DNA of 64,000 bases from positions 1 through 64,000 of the forward strand of contig JALMLS010000276.1 in the NCBI GenBank assembly GCA_038496445.1, read 5' to 3'. Position numbers and translations under genes: made by a program. Under the pieces are notes generated by a model. The model was given only the letters and a program-made list of their open reading frames with translations, was not told the DNA's origin and ran no database searches. Each line of letters begins with the position of its first letter. Position 1 is the first letter of the stretch. Source of the stretch: Trichosphaerium sp. ATCC 40318. Its lineage: Eukaryota > Protista > Tubulinea. Shown one piece after another: positions 12,547 through 23,311 of this stretch.

Positions 12547-15500
12547 TTACATATTTAATTTTGAAATCGTTTCCTTGAACTTATCAATGTCTCGATGTTC
12601 ATTACTTGTTTTGCTTAGTAAAGCATCTAAAAACATTTTTCTTGTATTCTCTATCTTAGTATCACCTGTATTAGGCCATAGTAGTAACTTCCGAAACAAC
12701 ACCTAAATCAAAATGTTAACACAAAATATATGGCTGTGAGGGAAAACACAGTAGAGGACAACAAAGGATGTTATAAACTTGAGTGCATGTTCAATTTCTG
12801 TTGAAAAAAAAATGTTTTGGAGCGACTGGAACATGCCAAATCGCGCTTCAAGTAGAATTTCATAGGTTGACGAGTATATCTATGTTTTGTACGCCATAAT
12901 AGTGAAAAAATTGATATTTGCGTCCCTCAGGAGAGCGTTTTTGACGCCAAAAAAAGAAAAATTTAGTACCTCATTAACAGCTCCTGACAGCTTAATGATT
13001 GTATCCTCTCTAGTCCATACATGATTTTTCTCTTTCCAAAGAAAAGAGGAAATTCCTTCCATAACAATAGAGAAAGAACCATGAACAGAATCACCTCCTC
13101 TATATCCGCTTTTATCCCAACGCATCAAAACATCAACTAACTTATCAACCAATAAAATATCATCATCACTCCACTTATTGTTTACAACAGAGTATGTTGA
13201 TAACTCAAAAGGTAGTTTATCAAGAGGTATCTTATGCCATAGAAGTGATGTATTTGTCCATACGATACACTGAATACCAGCATCAATATTACCATTGAGA
13301 AGCAAACTCATCCACTTTCCAAAAGTCTGAGAACCTTTAAAAAAAGTTAGTTGTAACCAACAGAATGTTGACTTCAGGGCTCGCTTACCGAATGATCCAG
13401 CCAAGTATTCTTTGCTTAAATCTTGTGCTACACGTTCTAGCTCCATTCTAGATACATAAGCACCTATATTGAGACCAATTTTAGAGCGTCCTTTGACGTA
13501 GTGTTCAAAGAGTTTTTCTAATAATTCTTCAACTTGAGGATCAAGGTATGTATCTGATCCTAAGAGGTATGCATGTATGATATGATACATTTTTATCTCG
13601 ACAGATATACTCTTAAGTGGGTGGTCCTTACGAGATGTAGTTTCAATGTTATGAATAAGTTTTAAGAGTGGTAAAATAATGTCTTTGCTGAACGGAATTA
13701 TCTCGGCTTTATCACGCTTTAGTGGACTTTCTTTGGCAAACACGAGTATTGAAAGGATTGATACTGCACGATAGATCCAGTAAAATCCTATTGGCATACA
13801 AGAATATGCCGGGGACCAAGCAAGTGTTTCAGTTTTTGAAGGGTCACCATCATGAATTTGTTTTGAAGCCTCAAGACCTAGGAAGTTTCAGTTTTTTTTT
13901 TTGCTTTGAGAATCTGAATAGTTTGTTTCTTTCTCATCTTTCATACCTTCCATAGTTGTTGTCATACCAAGTATAAAATCTCTCTGTATTTAGAAATTTA
14001 GTATAACGCTTTGAAGAGAAAATAAAAACCCAACACGCCTGGTGAGGGATTGTTTTTCTTATTTTTTGTACCATGTTTGCGACAGCTTTTTCGTCTCCTT
14101 CAAGGACGTTCGTTGCTAGTAAACCAAGACATTGTGCATCCATTGAAGGTGAAAGAATACCCATAGTAGATACAGCAATACCTTTAATGACAAGAGGAAG
14201 AGAACCCTAACAGTGCTATCAACAAAAAAGGAAAAAAACGTGCACAAAACTCTTATACTCACTTTAACGCTCTGTGGAAATATGGACGCCAAATGGACAA
14301 CGTTATAAGCTAGATAGCTAATTGGCATACAAGCTGTAGATCTTCTCAAGTTCACTTTAGCATCAGATGTGCATTCAGCATTGAGAATTGTATTCAAAAC
14401 TTCCGCAGCTGGAGGCAGAAATGAAGTAACATGAACTTCAAGTACTGTTTTGACTGGAGGTTTTGGGTTGAGCTTGTGAAGCATAATAAACAGGCGAGCA
14501 AGCCCTGTTAATGCAGAAGATGCAACCATTCGTTGAGTTTCTGTTGCGTTCGGATTAAGTAACATCTGCTTGCACGAAGAGATGAAACGTGATTCACAAA
14601 TCGGCGAAATATACTCAGTGATAATATATACAAGTTGTTCCGGTTCTAAAATAAAAATAAATCTTAGCACGTGTTTTTTATGTATTTTTATATGTTCTTT
14701 ATACGTACCAGTATGATCTGCTCCAGGGGATGTTTTGACTTTGTCAAAATAAACGGCAAAAAAGTGTACGATAAGAGAAAGAAGTTTTGTATCCTCTGAT
14801 CTTTTTAAGTCAACGTGGACACGCTTAAACGCGTGAAGTAAATCAGGTAGAAGTGGTGACACAGCGCTCCAACCAAGACCAGTTGCTGCTGAAGCAGCAC
14901 TCATAGGTACAAGACGAACCAAGTACGCTATAAACGCTTCAGCCACGCTCAAAGTGACTTTTTCTGTTCCGATTGTTGGAATGATATTCTCTACTCCCCA
15001 GCGTACAACTTGCAAGTGTAACGCAGGCGATACACCATATGAGGCAGCTATCGATAGTGTTTCTAATGATCTTACGGCTAGGGTTTGGAGCATCATATCT
15101 TCTTTCCATGAAAGTGTATCGAACAAGTGAGGTAAACTTGGATAGGAACTTAGCTTGTTTTTGCAAAAAAAAGTATCGTACATAAAGCTGTTGATCCAAG
15201 ATTCTTTGACAGCGGAAATACAATGCTTGCGATCATATGAAAGGACGGTATTTAGAAGTTTGATGACACTTCCAGCACGTAATGGTTCTTTCTTGGCAGC
15301 CTCTGAAGACAAGATATTTGGCATTATTAAAGGTAATGTCTAAGATAACAATATTATTCCTTATAAAGCATTTGTTTTGTCTTTTTACTTACGTCTTTCA
15401 AGAAGTGTCCAGCAATATCTTTATGATATTGAGCCATAGAAGTTGCTGCTTCGGCGGCTTGATGACCCTCCGCCTCATCAAGGCTGAGCATGAGTCGGCT

Positions 15501-17088
15501 AAAAAGAACTAATCAACAATTGTATTAAATGAATGTTGTTTGTACTGTAGTCTTTTGCATGTGTTCGCTTTAACCAATGTTTTTAAGAGACCGGTGTGAG
15601 TATCTATTGTCCAATCTTCTTCACAAACAAGGTCGTCTTTTGGAAACCGCCAACCTGACAACACAAAATAAGTTGAAATGCAAAAAACACTTGTTGTTTT
15701 CATACGTTGTTCCTCTTCTTCTGTTACTGGAGATAATATAGACCAATCACCTGACGATGTTGTAATAAACCAGGTAAGAACGCCTTATGAATAGGGAAAA
15801 CATCTCCAAAGGCAAGGCGTCGATTGTAATCTTAAAAAAGAGTTATTTCGAAGAAAAAAAGTAAATGAGTTTCTTACCATTGTATGGATCAATTAGACAG
15901 CACAGAGCTTTCAAGGCTGCCATGCGACATACAAGTGATTGTGATTGCAAACATATGAATATCGATCTCCCAGCGTTAGAGTGTATAACGTAATTGACGA
16001 TGTCATCTAACTCTAAAATTAGCCGAACTAAGACCAAAAGTTCAAATGATCTGAAGGTGTTGTATGTTTGCTTTTTGAAATGTTGAATTAAAGATTGTGT
16101 TTGCTACAAGTACCTTTTTCTTTGTTTGGTACTTCTAATGCATTAGCAATAATTGTGAGTGCTGTTACACGTTGACTTGGTACAGAACTATTCATCAAAA
16201 GAATAGTCTCATCTATACGATATCCAGCCATATGAGCTTCTTGACCATGGTGATGCAATCCCAAATGAGATGGTAACTCCTCAGAAGCTTTCTTACCTAT
16301 AAACAACCGAGTTAGAAACCAAAGGGGAACACCTTTTGAGAAAGAAAACTCAAGGCTTAAAATTACAGTTTTTGATTTCACTGAATTTTTCGACACTTGT
16401 GCGAGTTGCACGTGAAGAAATGGTGCTACAATATTTTTTCTTTTGATTTTTAACGTACTTAGTACTCTACCATTAAAGTCTAATCTAAGGTCACCACCGG
16501 GTAAGCTTGTTTTTGGCTTGGATTCCTTTTTTGGGTCAACAGGTAATGTCCATTGCAGTTTTTCTTCTTCTGTTATTTTTTTCTTTGGTGTCTTTACTGG
16601 GACGTTCTTTTGAGGTACTTTCTGGATTGTAAAAGTGAGAAATAGGTATAAAAAAAAACGTTAAAGGTGGATGATACTGTAACGCACTTTAGGAGGATTC
16701 TTTGGTTTAATTTTGCGTTTTCCACGCCTTTTAAGAGCCGCAATGACGCTTGGATCTAATTGTTTGTATATTTCTTGTTTAGCTGCCTCTAGCTCCTCAG
16801 CACTATAGGTGTTGGCGTACTGATAGCTCAGAAAACTTAGTATTACCTCATCTGCGCTACACGGCTCATATTCTCGTTGTGTATACTATTCATGTCTTTT
16901 GAGGTGATAGGTACAACTTCCTGACTATCTGTACTCTTTTGCGTGTAAATCTTTTTAGGCTTTGGAAATGGAGCTGGCGCAGGCATTGAAGGCGCAGAAA
17001 ACTTGCTGAAATCAAAAGAGGAGGCGTCATAAGTTTTTTCGACAACATCACCAAACAGGTCATCAGCGATGGTCGTTTTATGATCCAT
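12547..17088 (-). CDS. RPAP1: RNA polymerase II-associated protein 1
   Basis: Contains SIHNENMSRVAQMSAEEL...QEI...LDP (RPAP1_N), LRLDFNG, and GLHHHGQEAHMAGYRIDE...SSVPSQR (RPAP1_C). Confidence 0.92.
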
Positions 17089-17213
17089 ATTATCAAGAGC
17101 CTCTTACTAGAGAAACGTTGTAAACTTTTCAAGACTACAAAAAGTGAAATTGCAGTTTCAACGGCGTTCTTGTTTTAGCTTATTACAGCCGTACTAGTAC
17201 ACCGTTCGTATCA

Positions 17214-18626
17214 ATGCTTGCTCGTCTAGCGCGGTTACGACGTAGGGGACGCGCTGTGAGCGTACCACATCGAACTATACAACAACGTACAATTGTGCGT
17301 TCTGGTAGCGGTATAATTAATAAACAACATACTCTACCTACTATAAAGCTCGCACAAAGCCCGGTGGATTTACAAAAGGATTTGCAACGGCAACTACAAA
17401 AGGCGCCTCTATTCTACAAGGATCAACCTGTGGGTACGTATGAACATCGAAAATATGCTTCGTTACGTGCATTCGTTATTTCGTCTGTGACTTCAAACAA
17501 TTGCTTAATATGTTGTAGTTCTTGATTTTGAGACTGTAGAAGATAAAGAACAAGCCACTGGTGAAGATAGTGTAGAAGAATACTTGAACATGATAAAAGA
17601 CCTTGATCTATGCCCTGTAGGCACGTACTAACACAACTATAATACATTTATGAACTTTTCCGTTACTGAAAGCGTAATTTCACAAACAACTGTAATAACT
17701 CATCTTAGCTATTATAAACGCAAACGAGAATGTAAAGGTACATAGTTTATTGCTTTGTAGGTAAAAATAAGTATCTCAATGGCATTTTAGGAAAAAGTGA
17801 AAAAAATCGGCCTTCCTTCCCTTCTAGACAGTAATAACATGTTCAGAGCCCGACCAAGGCCTCGTGTTAAACAAAAACCTGGCGAAGGGAGTAAAAGAGC
17901 TTCAAAAGCAAAGGCAGAAGAGCCAGAAACGGTAAACAACATCTTTTTTTCCATTCCGATTTTTTTCTGTCTAAAATGTCACAAAAACTTTTTTGTTGTT
18001 CTACCAAGGCTTCTGTAGCACTTCTTGTATCAAACGTTTTCAGATGGCTTACCTTCGTTTAGCCTGGCGTACATGTCGTACCGGGTATGGTACGTAGTGG
18101 ACAGAGAGAATATGCTAGTGGAACCCTTGTCATCATGGGTAATGTAAATAGAGGTGCTGAAGTACGTTTTTTTTTCAAGGTTGAGTTCTTGTTTCAAGGC
18201 CGTGCTCATTAAATATATTTTAGGTAGTATCTGATGGTGATATTTGTATATTTGGGACACTCAGCGGACGTGCATTGGCAGGTAATGATCATGTTTTATG
18301 GGTGTTTTTTTTTTTACTTTCGTTTGTTGTTTAACTAATGCCTTCTAAAAGGTGTATCTGGGAATAAAAATTCTCGTATAATTGCGCGACAGATTACCAA
18401 TGCCGAATTATTATCAGTTGCTGGGGTACGTGTAGTATTCTATGAGGAAAAAACCAAAAAAGCAAAACACCAAATCATTCACTTATTTTTTTTGTATATT
18501 TAGGTTCATCTCTCTGGTGAAGACCTGCCTCCAAGTGTTTCTGGATCATCTGATAAAGAAACAGCAACAACAATGTGTAGTATAGTTGACGGAAAGCTTT
18601 CTTTCGAAACCGTTATGTCAGCATAA
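17214..18626 (+). CDS. minC: Mitochondrion-targeted septum site-determining protein MinC
   Basis: Arg-rich, acid-free presequence MLARLARLRRRGRAVS. The N-domain has KAPLFYKDQPVVLD. The spliced C-domain [54 protein letters not shown]...AELLSVAG matches the proteobacterial MinC_C signature. Several spliceosomal introns. Confidence 0.92.
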
Positions 18627-19184
18627 ATCGAAAAAAATGAAACATGTTCATGCATTCAATTTTACTCTGTCAGTTTAAATCGACCTCAAGTTCTCATACA
18701 TTACCATGAAATTACAAGTCGAATAAGTCTATGCCAAAGATCTGAAAGGAGACTAATAATACAACGTCCATCAACAAGCTGCGTATATTTTTTGTAGGAC
18801 TTACATACGTTCAAGTCAGCGCTTGTTTTTAATTCGCTGTAATATTGGCTTTGAGAGCATCAAATTGAAAGTTCGCAGGATGGATATTGTTTAACGGCAA
18901 AGTGAACGTATTTTAGGTTTGAGTAAGCGCAAAACGTGTTAATACTAGCCCTGTAGCTGTTTGCGCCTGTTTTATTTTTAACTTACGGAATTAACCATGT
19001 ACTATCTCTTGTATGGCCTGAGTACCCAGTTACTATTGGTAAAGAGCACCAAGGCCTGTTTACTTTCAAAGAACCTTCGTCGAGCGAAAAATGGTCTTGC
19101 GAGGTTTTTTTGTTTGGTCACCAAAAGCTTCGCTGAACGAGCCACAATAATAGCGTTGGGAATAGATTTCAACGGTTTATAGCC

Positions 19185-21310
19185 ATGGGAACTGCGCCGT
19201 CTAAAAAAAATAAAAAGAAGCCTTTAAAGAAGACAAACTCCTCTACTTCTGTGAGTAGACCGCCTAAACCGAATCCAAAGGGAGGAAATGGGTACAAAAA
19301 GCCAAATGGAAGAAAGAAACAGCAATCAAGCAAAGATCTTAGCTCGAGGCAGTCAACGAAGTATGAGTCGAAAAAAAGGCAATAGGGTTAATTTAATATT
19401 TTACTGATTGCTTTAGCAGTACTAAAAGCAAGGTACAAGAAGAAACACGACATACACCCTCACGACAACACTAAACCGCTATTTTTAATCATTACAAAAA
19501 AAAACCACCAACGACAGAACCCAAAAACCATATTTCGTTTTATAAAACAATTTCCGACGTACGTAAACACATACTGAATAGCGTCATAGGAAGGAGACGG
19601 TTTCTCGAACAAAAAAGTGGAGAAGCTTTATGAAAAGTACGCTAGCATAGTAGGTACGTTCCAAAAGACACTGCTTGTACATAAAATCAAAAAACGTAAA
19701 TGTCAAGCTTGTATTTAAACGCAAAACCGAAAAAAAACACACCACCTAAACCAACATTAGACCCAGACGAGGATGAGGAGGAATCTACAGATCCTGATGA
19801 GATTGGCCCTGCTGGTGTTGAACAATTTTTATCTGACGCCGGTATTGATGCAGAGGGCGTGTTATCCTTTGTATTGGCGTGGCATTTATCAGCCAAGGAA
19901 ATTGGCTACTTTCAAAAGGAAGATTTCATTGCTGGCATGAAAAAATTAGGGTACGCGTCGAACACACTTGATGCAACAATCAAACTTATGACGTTGCTTC
20001 AAGTAATTATTTTTTACGTTTTTATTTTCTTGTGTTGCATCTTTTTGAGATCAAAGCAATGTCACCGTATACAAGACTAAATAACTGTTGTTGTTGCAGT
20101 GCTTTCAATGCTTTTAGTTCTTTTGGAAGGCTTTTTTTTGAAGTTAAAGTTGGGCTTCGTTATTTTTTTATTTTAGGGTTGCTGACGTTGATTATTAGGT
20201 GTGATACCATGGATAAATTGAAGAATAAAAAGGATCAATTTGAGAAGGAGATTAAAAATGAAGAAACATTTAAAGCGATATATAGATTCGCTTTTCACTT
20301 TTCAAAGGCTGATAAAGATAAACGTCAAATGGGTACAAAATTGTTTTTTTTTTTTTTCAATTTGTTTTTACCCATCTAATTTCGCGCTCGACGCAACACG
20401 CGAATCGCCTGTTCGTAAAACGTGGCCTGTCGTCTGCTCTTTTTTTTTTTTTTTTTGTCGTCTGCTCTTTTTTTTTTTTTTTTTGAATTCCACCTCTTTT
20501 TGTATCAGTTTATAAACCATGCGATACTACTATATTTCACAGTTACCTACGTGGTATTAAATCATTTTGTATTTTCAAATAATTTGATGGTTGTTGTATC
20601 TACGCGTCGTGGCGCGTAGTGGTATCTTCGTATTTTTTTTTTCTCGTAAAGAAACGCTCAAGTAAAAATTTTCCGGACAATTATAACCCAAACAAATCCT
20701 TTCTAACATCTTATTTGATAAATAGAGGAATTTTTTTTGATATCTTCGTGTAAGTAACTTTGAATAGACTTTTTAACAGCAGATTGCGTCTTGGAGTTAC
20801 TACTGGATGGTCGGCCACACGTGGAACGTTTTAGAAAATTCATACATGTAGTACGTAAAAAGATATTGCGAATTTTTTGTCTTTTTGGGTTTTTTTTTGT
20901 ACTAAGTTTTTCTCTTTAGCAAACAGCATACCCTGGTCTTAATCAGGATCAATGGATGTCATTTTTAGATTTTTCAAAGACCATCAATGAGGATTTTGAG
21001 AATTACGACGCTAGTGGCGCATGTAAGTGCACGAGATTATTTTTTCTTTGTTTTCTGTATTTTATTAATTTATTTGTTTGTTTTATTATGTCTGCCTTTG
21101 TCTTTGTCTTACTTCTTTCTTGTTTTACTATTTAATATACTAGAAGCTAAATATTATAGGGCCTGTTTTACTGGATGAGTATGGTGAGTGGGTTCAGGAT
21201 GGCATGCCCGAGAAAAAAGACGATAAGGTAAGTTGTATTTACATATTTTGATCTTATGTTAATCGGGTTATTTTCTGTAAAAGGATGACGATGATGAGGA
21301 TGAAATGTAA
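19185..21310 (+). CDS. DCN1-like cullin neddylation E3 (PONY domain) with putative myristoylated, polybasic N-terminus
   Basis: Motifs IGPAGVEQFLSDAGID...VLAWHLSAKEIGYF, FKAIYRFAFHFSK, LNQDQWMSFLDFS and NYDASGAWPVLLDEYGEW. Start MGTAPSKKNKKK. Confidence 0.9.
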
Positions 21311-21686
21311 GGTAATACGATGAATATTGGTTTGGCATGGAAGTTTTAAAAGCATTTTTGAATCTTGGTTTGCTATATTCATTGAATAAATGTACAAAAA
21401 TAAAAATCACCTAAATTTATTCGTGGTTGTTACAATATTCTACCCAAGTACTATTTGTTGACCACCTAAAAATATATATATATACGTCTTATCCATTTAA
21501 GTGTAGGAACATAAGAAACAGAGTACCAGCAATGATAAGGCAGGGAGATAGTCAAGTTGTTCTTTTTGGTTTCGTTTGTCGATAGTACGATGATGTTTGT
21601 TTACTATAAAAGCGTAACACGTGCAATTAAAAAAATAACGTGTGAGTACCCTTGTTTTTTAAGATTCACGTTTGAACGAGGCATCT

Positions 21687-21990
21687 ATGGAGCACGCTAC
21701 AGTTATTTTTATTGTCGTTGTATTTACACTTATTGATTGCATCATATGTGATGTCACTCAATGTAATTTTGACGATATAAGAGCCCAGTGCGAGTACGTG
21801 GTTTAGATTGGTTAAAAAAATATCTATAGATATACCTAGTGCAATTGACATGCTAATTTTATTTGTAACATAAAGATGTGGATGTAGACGATATTACGAG
21901 GAATGTGTTATGGGATTACATGGCCCATATAAGATATGTTCCAGTAGAATATATTGGACGTGTGTAGGAGGATGCAGGACTCTCAGATAG
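21687..21990 (+). CDS. Small secreted Cys-rich peptide (~73 aa, 2 exons)
   Basis: MEHATVIFIVVVFTLIDCIIC-DVTQCNFDDIRAQCE|CGCRRYYEECVMGLHGPYKICSSRIYWTCVGGCRTLR*. Intron 21794-21875 keeps frame and AATAAA follows. Confidence 0.65.
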
Positions 21991-22096
21991 TCATAGTATT
22001 ACTTCAATAAAAACAATCTTTTTTTTCATATTTACATCTTTTTGCACGTGAATTTTCTCATCAAGTCTTTTTTTTTTTTGCCCTAATAAACTCATA

Positions 22097-23027
22097 ATGG
22101 CGAAACAACAACACCGGCATGAAAATATTGCTAAATTTAAGAGCGATGTCTCAAAATTTTTTTTTTAACCTGAAATAGGCGTTATCTTGATGCCATCGCT
22201 TCATTGTAGTTCCAGGAGGTTTAACAAGAGCCATAGACTGTAGTAGCTTCGTGTCATCACCAAGAAGCTCATTAGCATAGCTCAAGAGTGATTTATGCTT
22301 AGAAAGTTCTTTAAAGTATTCGTTGTGTACACCTAGTCTGAAATAACGCCGGACACGCATTTCCAAGTCACCATCAACACGTGTTTTGACAAGAGATTGA
22401 TTTCTTCTTTAGACTATCACCAAATGACGTTATGGCGTTTTGGATAGCACTTGATCCTTGTGATGTAAAAAATGGGTGTATGCACGTTGTACCTGGGACT
22501 CATGTTGATGGTAGAACATGTTGTGAACAAAAAAGATCGTATCTTTAAAGGAGCACTTAGGTATCGTGGATCATGCTATACCTGAGTCTATTGCTGCGTC
22601 TGAAAGCAACAGACACATATTTTATTCTCTTACAAAATGGCCTAATCCAGAGAAAGTTGTTCCAGTCCCTCTAAACCCTGGTACTGCATGATGAATGCTT
22701 TGTTCAATATTTTTCTCAATATTAGTTCTAGGCGATGCATTGGTATTTCATGGCGAACTTTTTCACGTGAGCGTTCATAACCTTTAATTAGCTAAGGCTT
22801 GTATATTAGTTTACGCCCCCAAATACATCAGACAGGAAGAGGCGTGCACTACAGTTTCATTACGCGTCATCAAAGGCACCATTCTTAAAACATTTTTTTG
22901 TTTGATCTAAAAATAAAATTAGTGCAAAGTCAGCGTTCCAACTCCTTATTGGCCATACCGTGAAGCGGAGATATTAACATCTGGGAAGGACTATAGATTA
23001 ACGGAAAAAGATTCAGCGTTCGTATGA
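22097..23027 (+). pseudogene. PhyH-like dioxygenase disrupted by an internal inversion (22147-22379)
   Basis: Plus-strand start MAKQQHRHENIAKFKSD. The middle exon ...LLQSMALVKPPGTTMKRWHQDNAYFR lies on the minus strand (22170-22379). Plus-strand exons from 22413 read LSPNDVMAFWIALD...NGCMHVVPGTH...PGDALVFHGELFHFTPPNTSDRKRRALQFHY. Confidence 0.88.
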
Positions 23028-23311
23028 CCACAAGTGCGGAGTCTTTCGGGGATTAGAAGAACAAATCAATCCCACTCTGTGTCTTTTGTGGTTCGCGCAA
23101 AAACACGCTATTTCTGCCTTGAATTATATTAGACACAAGGTTCATAATAAATATGTGTAAAGGCCAATCACACAACCAGATCTTGACGTACTTGCCTCTT
23201 AGCTTGTTTATAGTCTGTTCGTTACAATCACGTTTTTTATGAGCAACGAAATTTACTATACGCTTAAAGGCGTTGACCCGAGATTGTTTTTCTTTTTTTC
23301 TTTAGAGGTAC

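Noticed and set aside
17214-18626. MinC as bacterial contamination
   Set aside because: It has spliceosomal introns and a presequence and sits between eukaryotic genes.
20428-20485. Duplicated GTCGTCTGCTC-polyT in a DCN1 intron
   Set aside because: Simple slippage duplication or assembly stutter.
22045-22050. CACGTG as the left inversion breakpoint
   Set aside because: The plus-strand PhyH start at 22097 lies to its right, and only a junction near 22147 restores both frame and intron.
23239-23305. Additional GC-AG intron at the start of the DENN-like gene
   Set aside because: The phase does not join the DFDQ frame; ATG 23312 or 23327 fits without it.
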